Assembly: GCA_021513695.1 (NCBI GenBank)
Contig: CP084166.1
Span: 1,568,001-1,632,000 of the forward strand
Direction of reading: 5' to 3'
Length of the DNA: 64,000 bases
Origin: Candidatus Heimdallarchaeum aukensis
Lineage (GTDB): Archaea; Asgardarchaeota; Heimdallarchaeia; Heimdallarchaeales; Heimdallarchaeaceae
Numbering within the stretch: position 1 is the first letter of the stretch; every line of letters starts with the position of its first letter. Below are positions 40,290-49,875 of the stretch, in pieces. A program made the translations under genes and the position numbers. Under the pieces are notes generated by a model. It searched no databases. It was not told the origin of the DNA and saw nothing but the letters and a program-made list of their open reading frames with translations.

Positions 40290-41291
40290 TTAATAAAAGA
40301 GGAAACTCTTCTCTATTTCCTCTTGGCTAAAGCCAGCATTAATTCCAACAATTATTCTAATAAGATCAGAGATTTCTGCGTATTTCATTTCAAAAAAGGC
40401 AATCAATATTTTAAGATCAGTTGAAGATTTTTGACGAAATATTTTTTTCCATTTTTTGATTTGGAAACGCTCAACAGCAAATTCTATATCATGTAGAGGA
40501 ATATCATCTTTTCCCATGTAGTCAGCGAAGATTCTTTTGTATATTCCAAAATTGTACATGCTTAGGACTTCAGGAATGGAATTTGATTCTAATGCTTTTG
40601 CAATAAATGTTGTTGGTTTAATATAACGATAGGGAGCAATCCCAAGATTAATACATCTACACACCCAAATTATGTTCTTTAAGTTAACGTAGACATCAAA
40701 CTCACGAGAAATTACAGGGAGAATATAATATTCAAATTGATCTATTGCTGCGTCAACTGGTACAAAACGTCCTGTTTTCTGAAATTCAGAATAGCCTTGT
40801 TCTAATAATTGTTTGAAAGTCTGAATTTTTTCTGACTTAATGATATCAGCAATTGATGAGGAGGAAGAAAGAACTTTTTCATAATATTCATAACTGTATC
40901 TTCCAACTGGAGAAATTCTTTCTATTATTTCTTCATGAGGTTGCTTCATAAACAGTCCACGAAGAATATATCGGATATTCTCTGCATGAAATCGTTGGGA
41001 ATGAAGATCAATTATCTTTTTTGCTCTACTTGATCCCTGTTTATAAAAAGTGCTCACAGTTTGAGCAAAATGGTTCTTTAATTGTTTTGCAACTTCTGGC
41101 ATCTCTGTAACAAAATTAATATCTTGAACAATTGGACCATATTGCGTTTGCCGAAAAGCAGCTTGTAGTTCTTTAAGATTAGAAGAGGATAGAAGAAAAT
41201 TTATCTGACTTCGACTAAGTACTTTGCCTATTATTCCATGAGCTCTTCCATATAAATATCCATCTCCTGAGAACATTTCATTCACCAGCAA
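40290..41291 (-). CDS. atpC: A/V-type ATPase subunit C (homolog of eukaryotic V0 subunit d)
   Basis: 333 aa all-helical. NIRYILRGL and ILIAFFEMKYAEISDLIRIIVG patterns. Overlaps the subunit I gene by 14 bp. Confidence 0.75.
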   Translation of the reverse strand: MLVNEMFSGDGYLYGRAHGIIGKVLSRSQINFLLSSSNLKELQAAFRQTQYGPIVQDINFVTEMPEVAKQLKNHFAQTVSTFYKQGSSRAKKIIDLHSQRFHAENIRYILRGLFMKQPHEEIIERISPVGRYSYEYYEKVLSSSSSIADIIKSEKIQTFKQLLEQGYSEFQKTGRFVPVDAAIDQFEYYILPVISREFDVYVNLKNIIWVCRCINLGIAPYRYIKPTTFIAKALESNSIPEVLSMYNFGIYKRIFADYMGKDDIPLHDIEFAVERFQIKKWKKIFRQKSSTDLKILIAFFEMKYAEISDLIRIIVGINAGFSQEEIEKSFLFY

Positions 41292-44200
41292 TAGTTGTGT
41301 ATTGAATAAATTTGGTTTTCTCTAGTAATGGAGTATATTGGACACCTTCCCCTTTGTAGAACTTGGAGAAAAATTCTACCCAATGCAACCTCAGTGTCTG
41401 TAAGAATGAGAACATTCCTTCAATAGGTACAATCACAACAAGTCCCCAAACAATGCCAACAATCCAATAAATCCAAGAGGTAGCTAAAGCAGAGACGTTA
41501 TGGGTATCAACACCAGCTAAAATATATGGAAGACCACTCAAAATTGCATGGACTAGTAACATAGCTAAGATACGGCTAAAGGATAGTGTGTTAGAGAATA
41601 GAGCAATAAGATGATCTATAGCTTCCATAATCCCCTCTGTTCCTTCATGGAGATATTCGAATAGGAAAACTAGAGGAATTGAAACTAAGGCAATAATTGT
41701 AAATATTGTAGAATAGGGTTTTGGAATACTAGGAAGTGCATTTCCACCGATAAGTCGTGAAGTAGCACCAGCACCCATTAAATTATACAATACTGCAAAA
41801 AGTCCTACGTAAAAAATGGAAAGTATAATTGGAGAAATCCATGAAGCTACACCGTGACCGTATTTTTTGTTTTGTATAAATCTTAACCAGATCCCAAGTT
41901 GTATAATTACAAAACCAATAGAAATGGAAAACAATAAGAACAATGGTACTTCTTTTGTAGGCTCAATCAAAGGCAACCATTCAATATGCAAAACGTTTTC
42001 ATAAATATCAGGTAGAAATACTTCATCACCTAGAAGTGCTCCAAATAGGAAACCAAAGATAATTGAAGAAAAACCAGAAAGAGCAAGTAACTCAGAACCT
42101 TTATACAGAAATCCAGACATTGATTCATCAGGTTCAATATTCTTTTTGTTTTTCTTATAAGTTAGAAACAATCCAATCAAGAAGAGAAGTATTCCATGTC
42201 CCACATCAGCGAACATTATACCAAATATCAAGGGAAAAGTAAATTGTATAATTTTGAAGGGGTCTACTTCATGAGTTGAAGGGATACCCATTCCATCAAC
42301 TATTCCTCGAAAAACTTTAGTAACCTTATTCCCATGTTTTGTCATTGAAGGATTCGTTAATGGTACTTTTTGTTTTTCAGACATAGTTATTGGAAAATCC
42401 AATTTTTCGGTTTCTTTCTTTAAGTCTTCAACCCTATCTTTAGGAACCCAACCCCAAATTGTTGTAGTGGTTTCATCAGTTTTACATTTTTCTTCTGTTT
42501 CCAACCTTTTAATTTCTGTTTCTATTAACTCTTCTAGTGCGAAGATTTTGTCTTCTACTTTCTCCCTAATTTCATCCAATTCATGTTCTTTATGTTCTAT
42601 TTCAGTTTGAAGATTCGTGAGCTGACTTTCAATAGATTCTGAAGATATCATGCTATAGTCAATAGATAACAGCTCAAAGGAATATTCTTCTAGAACTTGT
42701 TGTATAGACTTCTTATAATCTATTAGAGACAATATGTAGACAAAGACTGTGTCACTTTTTTCTGGTTGCTCAACCTCAATGAAAATTAATTGCCCATCAG
42801 AAACTTCATTTAGGAAAAACTTTACAGCCTTAACATTCTTTTTTGGGATATTCCCCAAAAAGGTACAAGTTTCAAAATCTGGATCATCCAAGTATGGTTT
42901 AACATCAGAGCTTAAATAGGAATAAATAGGGATATATGCTTCTAATTCTGTTTTCTTCGCTTTTAATTCTTTAAGTTCGGAACTAAGATTTTCTATTTTT
43001 TCTCCATAATCTGCAATAAATTGCTCAACAAAAGATATAGCTTCATCATAGTTATCTTTTACAGCAATCTTAGAATCAGATATTGCTGGAGGAATAGATA
43101 ATCCAAGGGCTTGTTTGTATCTGCTAATTTTGGAAGATAGTAAAGTAAAATTCTGTCTTTTTTGTTTTATGTCGTTTAAAATATCTTCTGACTGTCTTCC
43201 TATCTTTTCTTGATGAAGGATACCAGTGTTATGAATAAAGGAGATTAACTTACGTGTGTGCTCCTTTGGGACTTCCATTTTAACAAACTCTACATCCTTC
43301 GGAAATAAAGCTCCTCCCTTACTGTCACCTAAATGATGATAAGGAGGAATTTCTTTTTCAATTGTTTTTTCTTCTTTCAAAGTCAAAGAACCACGATCCT
43401 TGGAAATTTTTTTAGATTTTTTATATTTCAGAGGAACATCCCTCAATTGAGTGAGTTTAACAGGAAAAGGAAGCTCTTTGAGTTCCTTTTCGAGATTAAG
43501 ATAATCATTAGGTTTAATCCAACCCCAAAGGGTGAAATTAGTTTGAGTTGTTCGACCCTGTTCTAGAATATCAAATAACTCAAGCATGAGATTAATAAAA
43601 GTGAGAAAATGCAAAAGAGTTTCACGATGTTCATCACGCAATTCTGAAATTTGAGATAAAATTTCATCGTGCTTTTCGTGCAGAAAATCATGTACATTAG
43701 CTACTGTAAGCTTGCTAGTTTCTTCATCACTGAACATATCGGCAAAAACAGACAGTTCAAAATCTATTGAAGAAAAATAGAAATTTTCTAGAATAGTCAA
43801 AACTTCATCTTGATATTCCTGGGGGGTGAGAATAAAAACCAAACGAAAATCAGGGTTAGATGATTCAATACTCCAGAAGTAATAAAGACCTTTAGTTATC
43901 TCATCAATATAAAAGGAGATAACTTTCTTATACGAATGATGGATTTCTCCAACGATAGAAAAGGTGGAAGGCCCAGAAGAAAGTAAATCTAAAGGGATAT
44001 CACCAGTCTCAAACTTATGCCGAAAATAATGAAGTTTGTCGGCAATTAGATGCTTCTTTGTTAAAGAATGATTTTCTTCAAAAAGAGAGATAAGAGAAGT
44101 TTCATGTGTATCTAAGAAAGATTTTAGTTCGGAAAGAAATCTAGAAGCATCAAAAACATCAGAGTAGTTTTTTTCTGAATATGAATAAACATCAGAAAGA

Positions 44201-44406
44201 TCTAGACCTAGTTCTTGTGATATGGTAGTAAAACGCTTTAACAAATCAGAAAAAAGCTGGCGATTATCTTCAATTTTAGCCAATTCTGAAGGAGATTGAG
44301 TATCAATTTGAACAAAATCAAAACAATCTAAATAATGTAATTTGGATACAAGAGGAAGGGAGTCGGAGGGTGACACCTGAACCTTTGAAAGTACTCTTTT
44401 TGCCAT
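41278..44406 (-). CDS. atpI: A/V-type ATPase subunit I (a), unusually long, with an apparently duplicated N-terminal cytoplasmic domain
   Basis: 1042 aa. C-terminal about 340 aa is polytopic membrane domain with the conserved Arg-containing helix region. Two copies of N-domain signatures: a start-like MAKRVLSKVQV...LHYLDCFDFVQ and a second ...FVKMEVPKEHTRKLISFIHNTGILHQEKI. Two WGW motifs: LWGWIKPNDYLNLEKELKELPFPV and IWGWVPKDRVEDLKKETEKLDFPI. Confidence 0.8.
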   Translation of the reverse strand: MAKRVLSKVQVSPSDSLPLVSKLHYLDCFDFVQIDTQSPSELAKIEDNRQLFSDLLKRFTTISQELGLDLSDVYSYSEKNYSDVFDASRFLSELKSFLDTHETSLISLFEENHSLTKKHLIADKLHYFRHKFETGDIPLDLLSSGPSTFSIVGEIHHSYKKVISFYIDEITKGLYYFWSIESSNPDFRLVFILTPQEYQDEVLTILENFYFSSIDFELSVFADMFSDEETSKLTVANVHDFLHEKHDEILSQISELRDEHRETLLHFLTFINLMLELFDILEQGRTTQTNFTLWGWIKPNDYLNLEKELKELPFPVKLTQLRDVPLKYKKSKKISKDRGSLTLKEEKTIEKEIPPYHHLGDSKGGALFPKDVEFVKMEVPKEHTRKLISFIHNTGILHQEKIGRQSEDILNDIKQKRQNFTLLSSKISRYKQALGLSIPPAISDSKIAVKDNYDEAISFVEQFIADYGEKIENLSSELKELKAKKTELEAYIPIYSYLSSDVKPYLDDPDFETCTFLGNIPKKNVKAVKFFLNEVSDGQLIFIEVEQPEKSDTVFVYILSLIDYKKSIQQVLEEYSFELLSIDYSMISSESIESQLTNLQTEIEHKEHELDEIREKVEDKIFALEELIETEIKRLETEEKCKTDETTTTIWGWVPKDRVEDLKKETEKLDFPITMSEKQKVPLTNPSMTKHGNKVTKVFRGIVDGMGIPSTHEVDPFKIIQFTFPLIFGIMFADVGHGILLFLIGLFLTYKKNKKNIEPDESMSGFLYKGSELLALSGFSSIIFGFLFGALLGDEVFLPDIYENVLHIEWLPLIEPTKEVPLFLLFSISIGFVIIQLGIWLRFIQNKKYGHGVASWISPIILSIFYVGLFAVLYNLMGAGATSRLIGGNALPSIPKPYSTIFTIIALVSIPLVFLFEYLHEGTEGIMEAIDHLIALFSNTLSFSRILAMLLVHAILSGLPYILAGVDTHNVSALATSWIYWIVGIVWGLVVIVPIEGMFSFLQTLRLHWVEFFSKFYKGEGVQYTPLLEKTKFIQYTTIAGE

Positions 44407-44867
44407 TAATTTCTCACCAGAATAGTAAGCAAGAACAATTTTAAAATCTTCCTACTGAACATAAGACAAAAAAAATAGTGAGCTTGTTACTAAAAAATAT
44501 GAGAAAATATTGGAGAAGAAACAAGAAAGAGAAGAATGAACTACAAAAACAAAGAAGAGAGTTAAAAAATTAAAAAAGAGATTTGAAAAAAGAATTGTTT
44601 GGTTTAAAAACCAGTGAAATTTTTCAATTTTATTCGAGAATAATTATTTTCAAATGGAAAAACAGTAAAAAAGAGAAACAATAACAGATATGCAAATAAT
44701 CAAAAAACAAAAGATGGAAGAAGGATTCATTTAAAAAGAATGACCTAAGAATAACAAAAAGTTTAATAACTTTCTAAAGGTAACTAAGGTCAGTAACCAA
44801 ATAGGTTAGATTTGTAAAAACAAGTCGAAAAAAATTTGAAAAAAACCAAACAATAGGTGAAAAATTT

Positions 44868-46004
44868 ATGGAAGAAATAGTATCTGATAAACCGTTGGTA
44901 ATAGACAACGGAACAGGATTCACAAAAAATGGATTCGCAGGAGAAGATCAACCAAGAAGTGTGTTCCCAACGCTAATAGGTTATCCAAAATACCAAATAA
45001 TAATGACTGATGTTGAACATTACGTAAGAGAATACTATATAGGAGAAGAAGCACTAAACTTGAGAGGAGTGCTCAAACTAGTATACCCAATAGAACATGG
45101 TCAAATAGGTGACTGGGACGCCATGGAAAGAATCTGGCATTACACCTTCTATAACGACCTTAGAGTTAATCCTAACGAGCATCCTATTTTGCTCACCGAA
45201 CCTCCTCTTAACAAGAATGTCAACAAGGAAAAGATGGCCGAATTAATGTTTGATACCTTTAATGTTCCTGCTATGTATATTAGCATGCAAGCTATTCTTT
45301 CGCTTTATGCTTCTGGTCGTACTACAGGTATTGTAGTCGACAGTGGTGATGGTGTTACACACATCGTTCCTGTTTACGAAGGTTTTGCAATTAGTCATGC
45401 TATTCGCAGAGCTGATATTGGTGGTCGTGATATTACTGACTATCTACGTCGTCTATTAAGACAAAGAGGATATTCCTTAACCAGCAGTGCAGAACGAGAA
45501 ATTGTTCGTGACATTAAGGAACGTCTTTGTTACGTAGCTTTAGATCCTGAAAAAGAACTCAAACTTGCTGAGAAAGTTTCTGGTATGGAAAAGACTTACA
45601 CCTTGCCAGATGGTGAAACTCTAAGCATTGGCGCTGAGCGCTTTATGGCTCCTGAATTGTTCTTCAATCCTGGTGCCATCGGTTCTGAAGAACTTCCTTT
45701 GGATGAACAGATCTATCAAGCTATCACTGATTGTGATGTCGATCTTCGTAGAGATCTTTATTCCAACATTGTTCTTTCTGGTGGATCCACCATGTTCCCA
45801 GGTTTGAAGGAGAGATTACACAAGGAACTTACTGAACTAGTCCCCGAAACTATGGAGGTTAAGATTATCGCTCCACCAGAACGTCGTTACAGTGTTTGGA
45901 TAGGAGGAAGCATCCTCAGTAGTCTTAAGACCTTTACCAAACTTTGGGTGACTAAGAAAGAGTATAAAGAAACTGGTCCTACCGCAGTTTATCGTTGTAT
46001 CTAA
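44868..46004 (+). CDS. Actin (Asgard lokiactin-type, eukaryote-like)
   Basis: 378 aa. [32 protein letters not shown], ...[47 protein letters not shown], ...[10 protein letters not shown] and C-terminal ...[16 protein letters not shown] are near-canonical actin motifs. Confidence 0.95.
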   Translation: MEEIVSDKPLVIDNGTGFTKNGFAGEDQPRSVFPTLIGYPKYQIIMTDVEHYVREYYIGEEALNLRGVLKLVYPIEHGQIGDWDAMERIWHYTFYNDLRVNPNEHPILLTEPPLNKNVNKEKMAELMFDTFNVPAMYISMQAILSLYASGRTTGIVVDSGDGVTHIVPVYEGFAISHAIRRADIGGRDITDYLRRLLRQRGYSLTSSAEREIVRDIKERLCYVALDPEKELKLAEKVSGMEKTYTLPDGETLSIGAERFMAPELFFNPGAIGSEELPLDEQIYQAITDCDVDLRRDLYSNIVLSGGSTMFPGLKERLHKELTELVPETMEVKIIAPPERRYSVWIGGSILSSLKTFTKLWVTKKEYKETGPTAVYRCI

Positions 46005-46185
46005 TTTAACTTGATTGAAATTTATTTAATTCAATCTTTTTTCTTCATTTTTGTGTTTTTCTGTTTTTCTTTTTTCCTATTGGTAAAGTCTTTTCTTCAA
46101 TATTCTCAAATTTTTTTCATTAATTTTTATCGGGTTGAGAAAACTTTATTTTATTCTTTGAGTATACATTCTTTTAGGGGGTATA

Positions 46186-47124
46186 TTGTTGGACGTCAAT
46201 TTACTCAGATCTTATTTATCTGAGCCTAACTATCGCGCTGTTTTATCGGAGATTATACATTCCCATCGTAGCCGTTCTATTGACGAACTTTCTTCTCTTT
46301 TTCCTTCTTTAACTAGTAACTACTCTTTAACTAAAATTTTGAAGAAGTTTGTAGATATAGGTATTATTAAAAGCAAGAAAATTTCCCTTGGTTCTCAAGA
46401 GCGTGAATTTTATTTTCCCAATCGGGAACTTTTACGAAGTAATTTTTATCAAGATTTGCTTTTAGAATATGAAGATCTAAATTATCCAGCCAAACTAGAT
46501 CTGGAATTTACTTATCTTTGGGAAGATTGGCCTCAGTGCCTTGTTGATAATGGTTCTTTAACCCTGTATATTGTCACCAGTACTTATTTACCTGAAAATG
46601 TAGATATTTCACACCTAACAAAGCTTCTTACTGTTTGGGCTTTAAAATATGCAAAACTATCTATTGAAAACATTCATATTTCTAATATTGTTGATATTAA
46701 AGCAACACCAGTTAAAACTAATAATCTAATAGTTATTGGTTCTGGAGAAGTCAACAAGGTTACTGCCGATATTTTATCTCTTTATGGTGACTCTTTACCT
46801 ATTCGTTTTCAATCTAAATCAATATATAGTTCCTTGACTTCCAAAAATTATTCTTCTACAAAAGGTTCTATTGTAGGTTTACTTCCAAATCCCTGGAATC
46901 CTAGCAAAATTGCTTTAATCTGTTCTAGTATGAGTTATTTTGGAACTAATATTTCACTTAAAGCTTTAATTGATGATCTTGATTCAATTATCCATCAAGA
47001 ACCCAGAATTTTATCTAATCACTCTGTTTATTCTGAAATCCCCATTCGTGTTCTTGCATCAGAAGAAAACAACAAGAATAAAGAAAAACTTGAAGGACTG
47101 AAATCTTACACTTTCAAAGAATGA
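46186..47124 (+). CDS. Hypothetical protein with N-terminal winged-helix-like domain, directly downstream of actin
   Basis: 312 aa. N-terminus LSEPNYRAVLSEIIHSHRSRSIDELSSLF...KILKKFVDIGIIKSK looks like HTH. The remainder is unassigned. Confidence 0.3.
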   Translation: MLDVNLLRSYLSEPNYRAVLSEIIHSHRSRSIDELSSLFPSLTSNYSLTKILKKFVDIGIIKSKKISLGSQEREFYFPNRELLRSNFYQDLLLEYEDLNYPAKLDLEFTYLWEDWPQCLVDNGSLTLYIVTSTYLPENVDISHLTKLLTVWALKYAKLSIENIHISNIVDIKATPVKTNNLIVIGSGEVNKVTADILSLYGDSLPIRFQSKSIYSSLTSKNYSSTKGSIVGLLPNPWNPSKIALICSSMSYFGTNISLKALIDDLDSIIHQEPRILSNHSVYSEIPIRVLASEENNKNKEKLEGLKSYTFKE

Positions 47125-47269
47125 CTTCTATGATACTGTTCAAATATACCCCCCTTTTTTTACTATTTCTGCTTTCTTCTTCATATTTTAATTTTCTATT
47201 AAATAATGTAAATCTTAAAGAGGGTTTATAAAAAAAGAGAAACTGAAGTTAACATTTTTAGTTATTTGT

Positions 47270-48058
47270 TCATTTTCCTACATTAACTTCCAGCTTTGGT
47301 AGTTCACCTATTTTCAGTGAAACTATATCCCCCAAATTTATTTTTCCTACTCCCTCAGGTGTTCCTGTTGCAATAATATCTCCTGGCTCTAAAGTCATCA
47401 CTTCTGAGACATATTCTATCATTCTTTCTGGTGGAAAAATCATTTTCTTCGTGTTACTATTTTGTTTTAATTCTCCGTTTACAAATGTTTGAATACTTAA
47501 GTTTTTTACTCGAGTAGTCAAGTCTATCCACGGGCCTAAAGGTCCAAAGGTGTCGAACCCTTTCGCTCTTGTCCACAATCTATCTTTTTTCTGTAAATCT
47601 CTAGCAGTTATATCCAAAAAACCAGTCCAAGCATAATAATCTTCTGGCCATTGTGCTATATCTTCTGCTTTTTCACCTCTTATTTTTCTTCTTATTACTA
47701 GAGCTAGCTCCCCTTCAAAATCCACATGGTTTGACAAAGAAGGATAAATTATTCTTCCCTTGTGAGGAAGTAGAGAACTTGGAGGTTTTAAAAAGATTAT
47801 TGGCTCTTCTGGTACTTCATTACCCAATTCTTTTGCGTGTTCACTATAATTTCTTCCTACACAAACAATTTTTGTTGGAGTTATTGGAATATCAATTTTT
47901 ACCTTTTCTATCTCAATGCCTATTGGATCAAGGTCTATCTCTTCGTGATTTTTTAAGACTTCCTCAATAGGAGATAATATTTCATACACTTTTTCCTCTT
48001 TTTGATCAAATAGCACGTTAAATTTTCTATTTTTATAAATGACCTTTCCTATTAACAA
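47270..48058 (-). CDS. Fumarylacetoacetate hydrolase (FAH) family protein
   Basis: 262 aa with FAH-fold metal-binding pattern (EGELALVI..., ...DITARDLQ..., GTPEGVG). Confidence 0.85.
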   Translation of the reverse strand: MLIGKVIYKNRKFNVLFDQKEEKVYEILSPIEEVLKNHEEIDLDPIGIEIEKVKIDIPITPTKIVCVGRNYSEHAKELGNEVPEEPIIFLKPPSSLLPHKGRIIYPSLSNHVDFEGELALVIRRKIRGEKAEDIAQWPEDYYAWTGFLDITARDLQKKDRLWTRAKGFDTFGPLGPWIDLTTRVKNLSIQTFVNGELKQNSNTKKMIFPPERMIEYVSEVMTLEPGDIIATGTPEGVGKINLGDIVSLKIGELPKLEVNVGK

Positions 48059-48079
48059 AATAATCCCTTTTTTACTTTT

Positions 48080-49636
48080 TCATTTTTTATGTTTTGTTTT
48101 CTCTTTATTTTTTGTTTTAAATAATTCAAACTTTTCTGGTCGTAATAACATATAAGTTAGCATTCCAATTACTATCATTAATGCTGCAATATAAAAGGTT
48201 ACTCTGTATGAATAAGCATCAGAATTTCCCCCTGAACTTATCCAGTTAGCTATTTTTTGTGAGAACAGAAAGGCAACAATTACAGAAAACACAAAAGAGA
48301 TACTAAAGGATGACATCTGAATACCTTTTGTTTTATTTAACTTGAAATAAGAAATAAAGAATGTAGCTAACCACATACATACGCTTACAATGAAGAATCC
48401 AACATATATTGAAAGAGTCACTAGATTTACGTCAACTATGCTATCTGCAACTGGGCCAGTTATTAATGTCCCCCCTAATCCCCATGACAAATAAAAAGCG
48501 GCATTATAGTAGCCCATCATTTTCCCTCTTATTTCAAGTGGGATAATCTTCGTTATCATTGAATAAGAGATAGTCTGTATCCACACCCTAGATAATCCTA
48601 AAAGAGCCATATAAACAAAGATAAGTACAATAGACGGTGCAAAAGGTAGAATTAATGTTCCAATAAACAAAAAACTAAATCCAACTAACAATAGTGTATG
48701 ATCACTGAAATGTTTAGTTAAAAAACCAACAAGTAATCCACCAATTATTATTGCAATACTACTTGTATTTCTTAATTGAGCAACAATTACATCTGAAGCA
48801 GCAAAAGTTGACGGTAATCTTATGTAAATACTTACCATTTGATTAATGCTATTTCCTCCAATATTTACAATTCCAAGAACTACTAAAATCCACACAAATA
48901 ATTGCCATTCCCAACGTATTTTTTGAGGATTCTCGACAGTGTTATTTTTTCCTTTATTCTCCATACCCTCTTCATTTTTATTCAAAATCGCGTTGTTAAT
49001 TGGCACTACACCACTATCTTCCAGTTCAGCATAAGATTCAGGTATAAGGAACAAGGCTATAATACTGAAAACCATTATTCCTGAAGAAATAAAAAACAGA
49101 TTTCCATTGGAAAATCCCTCTCCACCTAAGTATAAAAATCCACTCGCTGTAACGCCCAATATATTTCCTATTCCTCCAATAAATTGGAGTCTACCCATTA
49201 TTTTTCCTCTTTCAGTTTCTTTTGTTAGATCTGCAATTAATGCAGTCCACCCTAGGTTACTACTACTCCATCCAGCTTCTATTATTGTGAAACCTATGAT
49301 TATTGTATAAGCTGCTGCATGAAGACTCTTGTTTATGGCCATGTTCTTGTGAATGAAATAAACTACAATATAGCCCACAGCGGCGTATAATTCTCCAAAA
49401 ATAATTAATAATCTCCTTTTTTGGAATTTGTCAGAGATTCTCCCCCAAACTGCTGATTGAGTTAAAATGTTAGCAACCATTGGCAATGTTGCATAAAGTG
49501 TCATTTCTGTGTTACTTACACCCAGATTCTCTTTCAAATATATACTTAGAAAAAAATAGAAGATTCCTCTCCTAAACATAGCCATTATCTGAAATATAGA
49601 CAAGCTTACAAAATGCTTATTTCTCAAAGGTTTCAC
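48080..49636 (-). CDS. Major facilitator superfamily transporter
   Basis: 518 aa with about 12-14 TM segments in two 6-helix halves separated by a cytoplasmic loop. Confidence 0.7.
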   Translation of the reverse strand: MKPLRNKHFVSLSIFQIMAMFRRGIFYFFLSIYLKENLGVSNTEMTLYATLPMVANILTQSAVWGRISDKFQKRRLLIIFGELYAAVGYIVVYFIHKNMAINKSLHAAAYTIIIGFTIIEAGWSSSNLGWTALIADLTKETERGKIMGRLQFIGGIGNILGVTASGFLYLGGEGFSNGNLFFISSGIMVFSIIALFLIPESYAELEDSGVVPINNAILNKNEEGMENKGKNNTVENPQKIRWEWQLFVWILVVLGIVNIGGNSINQMVSIYIRLPSTFAASDVIVAQLRNTSSIAIIIGGLLVGFLTKHFSDHTLLLVGFSFLFIGTLILPFAPSIVLIFVYMALLGLSRVWIQTISYSMITKIIPLEIRGKMMGYYNAAFYLSWGLGGTLITGPVADSIVDVNLVTLSIYVGFFIVSVCMWLATFFISYFKLNKTKGIQMSSFSISFVFSVIVAFLFSQKIANWISSGGNSDAYSYRVTFYIAALMIVIGMLTYMLLRPEKFELFKTKNKEKTKHKK

Positions 49637-49875
49637 TCCAAGGAATAATTTACTTTTCGTCGTTTTGCTTTTTTTTGTAACGAATAAATAGTTTGTGTTT
49701 TGCCTATTTTTGTAATAAAAAAATTAAGTTAAAGTAAACTTTTTTATATCGGTGCAATTTTCCTCTTTTGAGGACAATGAATCCTGGTGAATATGAAACA
49801 ATACAGTAAAATGCTTTCTTTTGGTTTAGTAGTTTATCTTTGTCCTCTTGGGAAAAAATGTTTTAAGGTGGAAAG

